Shown here in pieces: positions 18,191 through 27,666 of a stretch of 64,000 nt of DNA. Under the pieces are notes generated by a model. It had not been told where the DNA came from. It worked only from the letters and a program-made list of their open reading frames with translations, and made no database searches. The stretch comes from a virus (Duplodnaviria; Heunggongvirae; Uroviricota; Caudoviricetes): IMG/VR virus record IMGVR_UViG_3300022719_000283, positions 188,067 through 252,066 of that record; one strand, written 5' to 3'. The position numbers and the translations under genes are program-made. Position 1 is the first letter of the stretch; the number at the start of each line of letters is the position of its first letter.

Positions 18191-20353
18191 TCAGACCGTC
18201 AGGAACCAGCCAGTGTGCTTCTCGAAAGTCTTGGCAAGCTCTTCCTTCGGCACCGTGTAGTTCGCCACGATCACCTGAACGCCATCAGCCCTCTTCGCGA
18301 AAAAACCGATGCGGTACTTGTCGTCCTGCTTGGTGATCGCGCAGCGCGTGCCCTTGGAGGCCACCCGGTTTGGCCACCGGAACGCCACCGTCTCCTTGAG
18401 GAACCGGAACCGCCGGGCTCCGATGAGAGAAGCCAACTTCTCCTGACCTCCCAGGGCCTCCAGGATCTCCTGGACCACAGGATCTTCGCTGGCTTGCTTG
18501 TTCTCGGCCTTGAGCTTGTCGATGAGCTTGCTGACCTCGACCTCGGACATCTTCTTGACCGAGTCTTCGGACGGGGAGCCGCGGCCGAGACTGTCCAAGA
18601 GGCTCATAGCGTAGGACACCTGCTTCTCAGAGGCGACGGTCTCCTCCTTCTCCATGTCCTCGATGATCTTGGAGATCTCATCCTTGGTCTTCTTTTGAAG
18701 ATCCGACTTGGAGTAGCTTTTCCCCTTCTCCTTGGCGAGATCCATGGCGAACTCAACCTGAGCGGCAGTCGCCTTGTCGCTTTGGGCCTCGGCCTCTGCC
18801 GCGAGTTTCGAATGGACGATCTTGAGCTGGATGACGGGTCGTGCCGGTTCGCTGGCTCCCGGCTCCCACATCAAGGGCATTCCCTGACCTCGATCCACCA
18901 GCAACTCCTCTTCTTGAGAGGTTCCCCGAAGCGCTACTCCGGGGATGGCCGGATCGAAATCTGAGGCCACAAGGCGCGTTGCAATACGACGTGGTTTGGG
19001 TTCCCCGGGCTCGTATGTGATCTCCACGAGGTCTCCTTCACGCAGGTTTCGAAGCATCTGGTGCTGCGAGAACTCGTCGACTGCAAAGTCGCGGATGTTG
19101 ATGTTGATGTTGGACTCTTTGGTGACCTCTCGAAGCAGGGCGGTACGGAAATCCTGGTTCTCCCTGGCGAGAGCAATGAGAGCTCGGGTTGAAATTTTGG
19201 TCGTCATGGTCTTGTCCTTCTTCTTGGGCGTCTTGGGAAGGCTGTCCCAAATCTTGCCCAAGATTTGGAGATCATCCTTGTCGAGCCGGGGAGCCTGCTC
19301 GATCTTGTTTCGGGTGCTGTTTTTTCCTCGTATCTTCTTGGAGGCGTTATGGAGGAACTGGCCTACCGTCTTTCCGGCGTCCTTCGCTTTGTGTTCCACG
19401 TATTTTTGGAGCACCTCATCGTTGTCAACGGTGAACTCCAAATCCTCGAGCTCATTGCCGTTCTCTTTCCACCAATCACGTCCTTCCTGGAAGGACATGA
19501 GCTCGCTGATGTAAAAAGGAGGGCCTCCGCCGGTATCGATGAGCTCTTCTTTGAGCTCGCGAGGCATCTGATCCACTTCGTTCTCCGGAATAGGAGCATC
19601 AAACCCAAGCAGGGGCCAGACGTAGTACCCCACGTAGTCAGAATCCGCGTTTCCGGCCCCGGTAGTCACGATGTGACTGCAACCTGCGTCTTTTACGGAA
19701 GCCACCTGAGTAGCAAGCATACGTGTACCGGTTCCCGGCGGTGCTTCTTCACTCAACTCCAGGATCATGTTTCGAACACTTCGGAGCCGACCATTTTTGA
19801 AGGTGAGCAGGCGCTCCATCTCCATGATGTGATCGCCTTCTCCCAGTACCGTCACGGCAGATCGGTCACCCAGTGTCTGGACCACAATCCTGGCCTCCTT
19901 GATCTGCCCTGCTAACCCGCCTCCTCCAGCCAAATCCATCACCATCTGTTCTGGGGTCATTCCAGCCGATTTGGCTTGCTCACCCAAAAGACCGTGGAGC
20001 TCCTGGCGGATTTTCTCGGGATCTTCTTCCAGGGCCCCGTACTGAACCTTCACCCCTCGATACCGATCGGGATCCCGATTGGAGATGAGCTTTGTGGATT
20101 TGAGGGCTTCCTCCGGGATCCGTCGTTGTGAAGGCTGCTCCCCTTCCTGGCGCCGCTGACGAGCCTTACTCCACATCTGATAGATGCGCGCCTGCTCCGG
20201 ATCCGGCAACGAATCGAAAACTACTTCGCGTTTACGGGCATTCGGGTTCGGGTTGTGGAACCTCCGTCCTCGAGTCCATTCCAAAAACTCGGGAGTGTAC
20301 CGGGCCCGACGACGCATGCCAGGAGGCGGAGCGAAGAGATCGAGGTCCACCAC
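18191..20353 (-). CDS. Large proline-rich protein (720 aa), paralogous over about 300 aa to the C-terminus of 20353-23835
   Basis: The N-terminus MVDLDLFAPPPG matches the motif repeated in the upstream gene. The block GDHIMEMERLLTF...RMLATQVA...GYYVWPLLGFDA...GRDWWKENG aligns with GDHINSMRRYISF...KMFATQVA...GYYVWPRFGYDG...ARDWWKDRG. Its start overlaps the upstream stop by 1 nt. Confidence 0.7.
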   Translation of the reverse strand: MVDLDLFAPPPGMRRRARYTPEFLEWTRGRRFHNPNPNARKREVVFDSLPDPEQARIYQMWSKARQRRQEGEQPSQRRIPEEALKSTKLISNRDPDRYRGVKVQYGALEEDPEKIRQELHGLLGEQAKSAGMTPEQMVMDLAGGGGLAGQIKEARIVVQTLGDRSAVTVLGEGDHIMEMERLLTFKNGRLRSVRNMILELSEEAPPGTGTRMLATQVASVKDAGCSHIVTTGAGNADSDYVGYYVWPLLGFDAPIPENEVDQMPRELKEELIDTGGGPPFYISELMSFQEGRDWWKENGNELEDLEFTVDNDEVLQKYVEHKAKDAGKTVGQFLHNASKKIRGKNSTRNKIEQAPRLDKDDLQILGKIWDSLPKTPKKKDKTMTTKISTRALIALARENQDFRTALLREVTKESNININIRDFAVDEFSQHQMLRNLREGDLVEITYEPGEPKPRRIATRLVASDFDPAIPGVALRGTSQEEELLVDRGQGMPLMWEPGASEPARPVIQLKIVHSKLAAEAEAQSDKATAAQVEFAMDLAKEKGKSYSKSDLQKKTKDEISKIIEDMEKEETVASEKQVSYAMSLLDSLGRGSPSEDSVKKMSEVEVSKLIDKLKAENKQASEDPVVQEILEALGGQEKLASLIGARRFRFLKETVAFRWPNRVASKGTRCAITKQDDKYRIGFFAKRADGVQVIVANYTVPKEELAKTFEKHTGWFLTV

Positions 20354-23300
20354 TACCCCTTCTCCTTGACCAACTCTTTCAGAAACAAAGCGCGGAACTG
20401 AGGAACTTCTCCGGCCAGGTCAAGAAGGTAAGTCGCGGCTTTTTTCTTGCGCTCTTTCTTCTCGTTGGTCTCCCGGACCTCCTCCCCCATCTTGTCCCAG
20501 ATCTCGTCGGAGATCTCCTCTTCCTCGGGCCCAAAGGTGGGATACCACTCGTGTTGATCCTTCTGGTCCTTCTTCGCTGCTGCTCGGTTCAGGAATTTGT
20601 CAGCCCCTACATTGGCCTTTTTCTTCGCAACATCTCGCACGTACTCGGTCAGGTACTTGAAGCTTCGGGAATCGGAGTCAAGGTCAAACGACAAATCTGA
20701 ACGGCTTCCGCGATCCTTCCACCAGTCACGAGCTTCCTGACTCGCCATCATCACGTCGAGAAAACGCAGGCCATTAGGAGCTTCCGGTCGGATCTGACGA
20801 ATCTGGTTTTGAATCTCTTCGGGCATCCGCTCAAACTTGGAGCTGGGAAAATTTCCGTCGTACCCAAACCGTGGCCAAACGTAGTATCCGTTGTACTGGT
20901 CATTCCGCCACGGGCCGTGTCCCGCCGCCGACACGTTGATGTGTTTGAACCCGTACTTGTTTGCTGCCGCCACCTGCGTAGCAAACATCTTGAGCCCCAT
21001 CGATGGAGGAGCGGAAGATCTAAGTGTGAAGTGCGAATTGCTAATCGAGTAGGGACTTCTATCCTGAAAACTGATGTAGCGACGCATGCTATTGATGTGA
21101 TCACCGGCCCCCGTCACAGTCACTTCTGATCCTCTAACCTTGATGGAGAGGCTCTTGAGTGATTTGGCCAGACCCCCAGCTCCGGACAAATCCGCGATAA
21201 CATGTCTTGGATTTGGCCCGTCCGCAGGCAAGTTCAACAACCTGCGCAGGGTTCCGTCATTCCCCCCAGTCACCGAAATCCGCACATCGTCGTAACGGCC
21301 GGACTGCATGTTGGGAGAGAGCTCTCCCTTCCCGGGTTCGGCGAATCCCCCAGGAGGTTCCTCAAGTGGGGGCAGAAGGGCCTCGGGTAAACTGCCAGTC
21401 TTGGTGAGGTAAGCCCAGCGTTTCAGGTCGGTTTTCGACAGCTCTTCAGGCTCTCCTTCGGGGTTACCCGTCTCAGCGTTGATAGGTTGAATCTTGAGCT
21501 TGTCCCCGATCGATTCGACACGAACCCATTTGGGGTTCCGGTAGTGCATCGCTTTCACTACCTGACCTTCACGAAGACGGGCGAACGACGTGACGCGTTG
21601 TCCGGTCTCGGCCCCTTCAGGAGAGAGAGCAATCTTGTATTCCCCTCCTTCCAGATCAGCCTTACGAACCCTCGTGGGGCGTCCCACACCACGACCCTCG
21701 TGCACATCTTGAATCTGAAATTGGGTCTTTGTCCGATGCACGACTCGGTACAGGTTATCCCCCTTCTTGACGTACGTACCGGGACCAACATCGGAAGGTG
21801 AGCTCACCGTGTGTCCAGGACCTATGAACCGCTTGTATGGGCCATGATTCCTGATGGAGGCGGCGGTGAAAGGCTCAGGACCTGCCCTCTGCCGGCCGCT
21901 CTCGTGCATGAGTCGAGCCATTACTGTGCCGTCTGGCCGAATTTCGACAACCTCACGATATAGGCTACTACCTTTCAGGTAGTCGTTACGGAAAGTGTCA
22001 CCGACCCGAAGAGCGCCAGGAAGGGTGATCGGTTCGCCCACGGGAACATGGGGTTGTTGCTCCTGCCTCTGTTGCTCCTGCCTCTGTTGCTCCTGCCTCT
22101 GTTGCTCCTGCCTCTGTTGCTCCTGCCTCTGTTGCTCCTGCCTCTGTTGCTCTTCGTCAGGATTCGGCTCGCGTCGATACTGACCGTAATTGCTATACGG
22201 ACCTGATCGCTGAATCTGCAACCGAGGGGTCGTTTGCGGGTCTTCCATAGGAGATCCGTTTCGAGCATTCACGCGCTGTGTCTTGAGATCTCCATTTGGC
22301 AACACTTCCAGCACCTTGCGGACCGTTCCATGGTTACGCAAGACGTTATTGGAGATGACATCTCCAGCACGGAGCTGGTTAGTGTCGTCGATGTTGTCCC
22401 CGACAGAAACTCGCGGCCCCTCGTCCGCTTGCTCGATAATCTTGTGGTTTTCGATCTGAGAACCGCTGATATGGGATCTCCCAATGAGGCCCCCATCCTC
22501 ATCGAGATTCTCAGTCCTGACGTTGTTGCCACTAATCTCCACGATCCTACGACGTGGAGCATTTTGCCGATCCGATTGAATCACATCTCCAACACGCAAA
22601 CGATCGAGACTTTGAACCCGCTCGCCCACTTGAGCTCGAGGTTGTGCCTCTTCCTCGCGCTCTTGAAGAACATAGTTTCGACGGAGGAAGTTCTCTGCGC
22701 CGCTCGTGCGCGTGCGACTACTCCAGGAGCCGTCGTCTTTCTTCCACTGAAACCGAACCACATGATCATCGACACTAACAACGCGAATGTTTTGGGGGGT
22801 GCCTGCTTCGGATTTCAGCACCATGCCCTCGCTGAGCTGATCAAGGCTCTGCACTTGAGATCCTGGCTCCAACCGGCCAACAGGTTGTGGCTGTTGTTGT
22901 TGCTGCTGCTGGCGCTGTTGCTTCCAGGCTTCGTACTCTCGCCCGATTGTGTTACGGAAATTCTCGTAGTTCATCGCGGTGTTGAACCGAATACGGGGTT
23001 CGGCTCGGTTGCGACGACGGCGACGCTGAACTGGATCGGGGTGCTCCACAAGCTCTCGGCCGCCTTGGTGTTTCTCGTTGAGGAACACCTGGAACAGATC
23101 TTCGTTCTCGAATCGGGCGGGCTCTCGACGCGGTCGACGTGGTCGCTGAGGAGCCGGACGGCGAGGAACTCCAGGAGGGGGCGCAAAAAGGTCCAGATCG
23201 TCGGATGGAGCTGCCGGGGGTGCTGGAGCTTGAGGCGCCGCAGGAGGTCGCTCAGGAGCTCGAGAAGGGGCACTCGGGGGCGGCGCGAAGAGATCAAGCT

Positions 23301-23835
23301 CGGGTTCGGGCTCAGGTTGCGCCTCCGCCGGTTCAGGGGCCCTCGATGGGCGTCTTGGAGGAGCACTCGGGGGCGGGGCGAAGAGATCAAGCTCGGGCTC
23401 CCTACGGGCTTGGGAAGGGGCCGCAGGGCGCTCAGGAGCGGGTTCTTGCGCAGCTCCTGGCGGGGGAGCAAAAAGGTCCAGACCATCGTCCTGACGCTGA
23501 GGCTCGGAAGAAAAGGGCTGGAACAGATTGAACTCAACCGCACGACCACCACCCCTCAAAATCGCATCTCGGAGCTCTTCATGCTGCTGAGCTAGATCGA
23601 GGATCTTGGCAGCTCGCTTTTTGCGTTGTTGGGCCTTCTCGCGCCTCCGTTTTTCCATGAGTTCGCGCCTCATCCGGTCCCACACGCTATCCATGATCTT
23701 CTCGTCCTCTTCCGTCAGGACAATCTCTTCGACCAGGCGACGCATCTGGGTCTTCGTCTTGGGGCGCGGTTTTCGGGAACTGGCCATGAGTCGGGTCCTA
23801 AAAGGGTGCAGGTCTCCCGTCCAAGGGAGACCCAT
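20353..23835 (-). CDS. Giant proline-rich protein (1160 aa) with 4 copies of ELDLFAPPP, a (QQRQE)n tract and a C-terminal domain shared with 18191-20353
   Basis: Long ORF. Repeats LDLFAPPPGAAQ, ELDLFAPPPSAP (twice) and DLDLFAPPPGVP. (QQRQE)7 is encoded by the 15-bp tandem repeat. C-terminal GYYVWP domain. Confidence 0.7.
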   Translation of the reverse strand: MGLPWTGDLHPFRTRLMASSRKPRPKTKTQMRRLVEEIVLTEEDEKIMDSVWDRMRRELMEKRRREKAQQRKKRAAKILDLAQQHEELRDAILRGGGRAVEFNLFQPFSSEPQRQDDGLDLFAPPPGAAQEPAPERPAAPSQARREPELDLFAPPPSAPPRRPSRAPEPAEAQPEPEPELDLFAPPPSAPSRAPERPPAAPQAPAPPAAPSDDLDLFAPPPGVPRRPAPQRPRRPRREPARFENEDLFQVFLNEKHQGGRELVEHPDPVQRRRRRNRAEPRIRFNTAMNYENFRNTIGREYEAWKQQRQQQQQQQPQPVGRLEPGSQVQSLDQLSEGMVLKSEAGTPQNIRVVSVDDHVVRFQWKKDDGSWSSRTRTSGAENFLRRNYVLQEREEEAQPRAQVGERVQSLDRLRVGDVIQSDRQNAPRRRIVEISGNNVRTENLDEDGGLIGRSHISGSQIENHKIIEQADEGPRVSVGDNIDDTNQLRAGDVISNNVLRNHGTVRKVLEVLPNGDLKTQRVNARNGSPMEDPQTTPRLQIQRSGPYSNYGQYRREPNPDEEQQRQEQQRQEQQRQEQQRQEQQRQEQQRQEQQPHVPVGEPITLPGALRVGDTFRNDYLKGSSLYREVVEIRPDGTVMARLMHESGRQRAGPEPFTAASIRNHGPYKRFIGPGHTVSSPSDVGPGTYVKKGDNLYRVVHRTKTQFQIQDVHEGRGVGRPTRVRKADLEGGEYKIALSPEGAETGQRVTSFARLREGQVVKAMHYRNPKWVRVESIGDKLKIQPINAETGNPEGEPEELSKTDLKRWAYLTKTGSLPEALLPPLEEPPGGFAEPGKGELSPNMQSGRYDDVRISVTGGNDGTLRRLLNLPADGPNPRHVIADLSGAGGLAKSLKSLSIKVRGSEVTVTGAGDHINSMRRYISFQDRSPYSISNSHFTLRSSAPPSMGLKMFATQVAAANKYGFKHINVSAAGHGPWRNDQYNGYYVWPRFGYDGNFPSSKFERMPEEIQNQIRQIRPEAPNGLRFLDVMMASQEARDWWKDRGSRSDLSFDLDSDSRSFKYLTEYVRDVAKKKANVGADKFLNRAAAKKDQKDQHEWYPTFGPEEEEISDEIWDKMGEEVRETNEKKERKKKAATYLLDLAGEVPQFRALFLKELVKEKG
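22054..22158. repeat. Seven tandem copies of a 15-bp unit (ctgttgctcctgcct), last copy degenerate
   Basis: Read directly at 22054-22158. It lies inside the 1160-aa ORF and encodes QQRQEQQRQE... on the minus strand. Confidence 0.9.
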
Positions 23836-23876
23836 AGGCCGAAAACCACGAAAATGAGCCGTGCGCTCTGAGCGCC

Positions 23877-25280
23877 CTAGCTCTTGAAGGTGAGCAGCGG
23901 CCGAAGACGAAGGACCGGGCTTGCAAGTCCTTGCTCTTCTTGGATTTTCACGATGGGATCGATGTCCTTGTAGGCTGCGGGAGCTTCCTCCCAGAGCCGC
24001 TCTTCACGAAGTGTCACGCAGTCCACCCCATCGAGTCCAAGATCGAAATCCGGCCGGCCTTTTCGAGTCATCTCAAACCGGGTCCGAGACCGACCCGCCC
24101 CGTGGGAAGCCGACCGCAAGAAACGGTCGTTCCCCAATCCTCGCATTACGTACGAGGATGTTCCCATGGAGCCGGGAATCAGAACCCACTGTCCTTCCCA
24201 GGCCGGCGTCGCACCCTTGCGATGAACGAAGGCATCGTCTTCGTAGGTCACGATGTTATGGGACACGTCGTAGAAACAGCTCGCATCAACATTTCCGAAA
24301 ACCTGACGAAATCGGTAACGCACCATCGTGGAGAGAAGGGCACGGTTCACAGCAGCGAAGTTAGCCGCACATCCCATGGCAAGCATGTACTCGTGGGCGT
24401 CCTCATTGTAGAGCGGGAACACTTCCGGCCACTTGAGCCCTTTCGGCCACTTTTTCTTCGCAATCTCTTGGAACCGTGTACCGATCCCCTTCCCCACCGA
24501 ACGGGAACCTGTGTGAATCATGAACACGATGTCTCCGTACTTCAGGTTGGGCCAGGTCCATTGGAGAGCCTCGTAATCAAGAACCTCTTCGACCATCTGG
24601 ATTTCGACGAAATGGTTCCCTCCTCCGACCGTCCCCAGGTCTGGGTCTCGGATCACGTCCCTGCTGTAGTCGATCCGGTCTTGAACCCACTTGGTGTCGG
24701 ACACGAAAGACCCCTGGTGCCAGATGTACTTGGCATCAAGGGCCAAGTGATCCTTGGCGCGAGCCATCAATCCCATCGGGTTCTTATAGAGCTCCTGTTC
24801 CCAACCATAGGCCCCGTGCTCGTAGATCGCGTGCAGGGTGGACGGAGTCATCGGAAGGTCCCGGGTCCCCAGCAAAAGATCACCGCGAAGTAGCTCCACG
24901 AGCTCGTCCTTGCGAGCGAGGAATTGGTCGACCGTTACGTCGATCAGATCCAAACGCATCCCGCAATTGATGTCCGTCCCGATGGCCTGCGGAATCACCA
25001 TGTCGGCCGTTGCCACAACGCATCCGACAGGAACGATGTTGCCAGGATGAAAGTCGGGAGTGGCACAGGCTTGACACACGTGGCCGCCACTTGGGTGGGA
25101 AGCCGAGGCAAATGACACGAGCTGTTTCACCGCTTTGGTCTCGAGCGGGGAGCCTTCGGGCAAAAGAATCTCAGCCGCCGGGCCTTCGTGAGAGGCGCGA
25201 CGAACCTTGTAAACAGGACCGTCTTGAGAAATCTCGATGCCTTCACGCAGGAGGGCTCGAGCCAGTCGTTTGAATTTCAT
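23877..25280 (-). CDS. rtcB: RNA ligase RtcB (3'-phosphate/5'-hydroxyl RNA ligase)
   Basis: GTVGGGNHFVEIQ, HTGSRSVGKGIG, IPGSMG and SHGAGR are RtcB active-site signatures. The start is set at the internal MKFKRL (residue 50 of the 516-aa ORF) to drop an implausible N-terminal extension. Confidence 0.85.
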   Translation of the reverse strand: MKFKRLARALLREGIEISQDGPVYKVRRASHEGPAAEILLPEGSPLETKAVKQLVSFASASHPSGGHVCQACATPDFHPGNIVPVGCVVATADMVIPQAIGTDINCGMRLDLIDVTVDQFLARKDELVELLRGDLLLGTRDLPMTPSTLHAIYEHGAYGWEQELYKNPMGLMARAKDHLALDAKYIWHQGSFVSDTKWVQDRIDYSRDVIRDPDLGTVGGGNHFVEIQMVEEVLDYEALQWTWPNLKYGDIVFMIHTGSRSVGKGIGTRFQEIAKKKWPKGLKWPEVFPLYNEDAHEYMLAMGCAANFAAVNRALLSTMVRYRFRQVFGNVDASCFYDVSHNIVTYEDDAFVHRKGATPAWEGQWVLIPGSMGTSSYVMRGLGNDRFLRSASHGAGRSRTRFEMTRKGRPDFDLGLDGVDCVTLREERLWEEAPAAYKDIDPIVKIQEEQGLASPVLRLRPLLTFKS

Positions 25281-25429
25281 GATGCTGAACTCCAGTGAAC
25301 CTCTCTCAACCGCGCGGGAGAGAGGCTCGGAAAGGGTCTGGTTGTTCAGCAGCCGCGGCAGTGCGCGGACAGCTCCTTGTAACCCAAGACCCGAAGAAGT
25401 GCAAGCGGGGCTGCCGGTAAGGTGCATGC

Positions 25430-26074
25430 GTGGCCGTCGTCCTTCCCGGCAAGTTCATCTTCCTGGCCCATCCTCACACCGGATCCAGCGCCATGGTCCT
25501 GGCCCTCCAAGACGTGTTCCCGGAAACATTCGATTTACGACCCCACCACATGCGCCTCACCGATGTTCGAAGTCATCAGGGAGGGGTAAGGATCACACAA
25601 ATCAGCCGGATACGTCAGCGTGTTTGGGATGAACGTCCGCACAAACGGATGCGAGATTCCGACGTGGATCCGGAGATGGTGCGGGCAGCTATCCAGGGAA
25701 CTGAGCGCATCTTCACGATCATCCGCAACCCTTACGACTTTCTGGTGACCTGCTACGTGCGCCGAGGACGGGATGCTTCCTTCGAAAAGTTTGTCCAGAG
25801 CTACAACGAGCCACCCTATATCGTGGACGGCCGGCTGTACTACCACGAACCCGACTGCGAGACCGTTTTACGTTGGGAAAAGCTTCAGGTCCAGCTCAAC
25901 AAGCTCATGCGGGAACTGAAGCTCCCCAAGGTCGAGCTCGGGAAACACAACGTCACGAAGGACAAGAAGCCTTGGGAAAGCTACTACACCCCCAAGGCTT
26001 TCGAAATCGTGAACGCACGGTTCAGAAAAGAGTTCGAACCATTCTACGAGCCCCGCAAGTCCGGTGCAGGATAG
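25430..26074 (+). CDS. Sulfotransferase-family protein
   Basis: The N-terminal P-loop-like LAHPHTGSS corresponds to the 5'-PSB PKSGTT motif. IRNPYDFLVTCY matches the 3'-PB motif R[ND]PxDxxVSxY. It is on the plus strand and overlaps the 3' end of the Tpt1 gene by 31 nt in convergent orientation. Confidence 0.5.
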   Translation: MAVVLPGKFIFLAHPHTGSSAMVLALQDVFPETFDLRPHHMRLTDVRSHQGGVRITQISRIRQRVWDERPHKRMRDSDVDPEMVRAAIQGTERIFTIIRNPYDFLVTCYVRRGRDASFEKFVQSYNEPPYIVDGRLYYHEPDCETVLRWEKLQVQLNKLMRELKLPKVELGKHNVTKDKKPWESYYTPKAFEIVNARFRKEFEPFYEPRKSGAG

Positions 26075-26658
26075 ATCCCCTTGCCGATCGAATTGTAACG
26101 ACGGTCCTCTGGCCAGAGCAGAAACTCGATGGGCACGTGATCCGTATACCAGACTCCGTTACCAGTCAGGTAAAACTTGTGCCCCTCATCGTGCATGACC
26201 TTGGCTCGGACCTTGATGATGATCGGACGACCCCGCCGCTCACCCACGCGAATGGCAGTCTCGTAGTCAGGGGATAGATGGACCGCATGACGATTCATCT
26301 TGAGTAGGCCCTCTTCTCGGATCGCAGGTACGAACCTCTCCGGAGTCCCGTGGTACAGACACTCCGGAGGCTCCCTCTCTTCGTATCCGAGGTCCACCGG
26401 AACGGAGTGTCCTTGTCGGGCGCGGATTCGTTCCCCGTCTTCGCTGAGTTCAAACCGTTTCTTGTCGTTGGTGTCGACGACTTCTTGCAGGAGCTCTCGG
26501 GTGAGTCCTCGAGCCCGTTTCTGATCGACAGAGCGCTTGAGTAGCTCATCCACATCGGCCCATCCGGCGTTGTCCAGCTCGATGCCGATTTTGCCCGGGT
26601 TGTGCCGGAGCACCAAGCTCAGGAACTTCGAATAGTTCTTCAGCTTTCGTTCTTCCAT
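26044..26658 (-). CDS. kptA: RNA 2'-phosphotransferase Tpt1/KptA
   Basis: SKFLSLVLRHNPGKIGIELDNAGWADVDEL, RFELSEDGERIRARQGHS, LYHGT and HAVHLS match the conserved Tpt1/KptA blocks. Confidence 0.85.
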   Translation of the reverse strand: MEERKLKNYSKFLSLVLRHNPGKIGIELDNAGWADVDELLKRSVDQKRARGLTRELLQEVVDTNDKKRFELSEDGERIRARQGHSVPVDLGYEEREPPECLYHGTPERFVPAIREEGLLKMNRHAVHLSPDYETAIRVGERRGRPIIIKVRAKVMHDEGHKFYLTGNGVWYTDHVPIEFLLWPEDRRYNSIGKGIYPAPDLRGS

Positions 26659-26668
26659 CGCGGCTCTC

Positions 26669-27001
26669 CTACTCTTCGGGTTCCATCGAAGACATCAACG
26701 GGTAATCGCTTCGACGCGCTAGTTCATGCACAATGGCACATTTGGTTTCGGCGATCTCGTGAGTATAGACCCCGGCCACCGACAGACCTTCTTGATGCAC
26801 TTGCATCGTGATCCGTTCCGCTTCGGTGCGCCCCTTACGGAAGACCTGCTGAACGAGCTGTACCACCCATTCGACAGGGGTGAAGTCATCGTTGTGAAGA
26901 AGGACTTTGTAGCGCCGGGGTTTTTGGAGTTCCTGCTTCTTTTTCTCGAGAAGACCCACTCCTCCCTGGCGGTTGTCTTCAGTATCATCGCGCTCAGGCA
27001 T
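26669..27001 (-). CDS. clpS: ClpS, ATP-dependent Clp protease adaptor
   Basis: YKVLLHNDDFTPVEWVVQLVQQVF...AERITMQVHQEGLSVAGVYTHEIAETK matches the ClpS core (YKV.LLNDDYTPMEFV...VH..G...CGVYT.EVAETK). Confidence 0.8.
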   Translation of the reverse strand: MPERDDTEDNRQGGVGLLEKKKQELQKPRRYKVLLHNDDFTPVEWVVQLVQQVFRKGRTEAERITMQVHQEGLSVAGVYTHEIAETKCAIVHELARRSDYPLMSSMEPEE

Positions 27002-27006
27002 CGTTC

Positions 27007-27654
27007 CTACTTTCTACGCCCCCGCTCAAAGATGCGCCAAACTTCAGTCACCTCCGGGCCAAACAGCCGGCTAGGGACCTCCTCCACAAGACGCATCTCA
27101 CGGTACTCCGGAACCTGTTGATCCTCGAGCGCGTGGAGGGTCTGCCAAGGAACAAGACCTCCCGTCTCCTCAATCGGATTCACGTTCTTGGACGACCTGT
27201 AGTAGAAGCCTGACACGAGCCCCCACCGGAGCCCGTCGATGCGACGGAAAAGCTCTTGGTAGTACTCCGTGTTCTGAGCTGCCGAGGCGGTGATCTCCGT
27301 GGAGAACAAACTGACGAAGGCCGTGATGGGCTTTCCCTCGAGCTCGGCGAGAAATGCAGGATCCCGGTAATTACCGGGACGTGGGTCTTGAGGTTCCGAA
27401 GGGTTTGAACTGGCGTTCTCATCGAACCCGACGTAACTCTCCCAAATTCCGTGTTGCCGGAACTCCTGCGATCGTCCACAACCCAGATCAACAACCCGGG
27501 GGACGCCGGCCACCATGGTGAAAAAGCGCAAGGCTCGGTCATGAGCCCGCCGCACCCCAGTTTCTGCCAAGTAGCTATCGTACTGCTCGTAAAAATCGTG
27601 GTCGTATCCCATCGAATCCTCTACATAGTACGAGGTCTCGATAGAATCAGTCAT
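27007..27654 (-). CDS. Putative SAM-dependent methyltransferase-like protein
   Basis: VVDLGCGRS resembles SAM-binding motif I (D/E-x-G-x-G). This is weak evidence. Confidence 0.35.
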   Translation of the reverse strand: MTDSIETSYYVEDSMGYDHDFYEQYDSYLAETGVRRAHDRALRFFTMVAGVPRVVDLGCGRSQEFRQHGIWESYVGFDENASSNPSEPQDPRPGNYRDPAFLAELEGKPITAFVSLFSTEITASAAQNTEYYQELFRRIDGLRWGLVSGFYYRSSKNVNPIEETGGLVPWQTLHALEDQQVPEYREMRLVEEVPSRLFGPEVTEVWRIFERGRRK

Positions 27655-27666
27655 GTGACAGATGCG

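Noticed and set aside
22054-22158. Possible CRISPR array
   Set aside because: These are direct 15-bp repeats with no spacers, inside a coding region. No cas genes are nearby.
22234-23595. 453-aa plus-strand ORF
   Set aside because: Antisense to the 1160-aa gene, which has internal repeat structure and a paralogous domain. The composition is low-complexity.
25281-25427. N-terminal 49 codons of the listed RtcB ORF
   Set aside because: RtcB homologs begin near the MKFKRL position. The extension is unconserved-looking and Leu/Gly/Ala-rich. It is probably read-through upstream of the true start, so the start was set at 25280.
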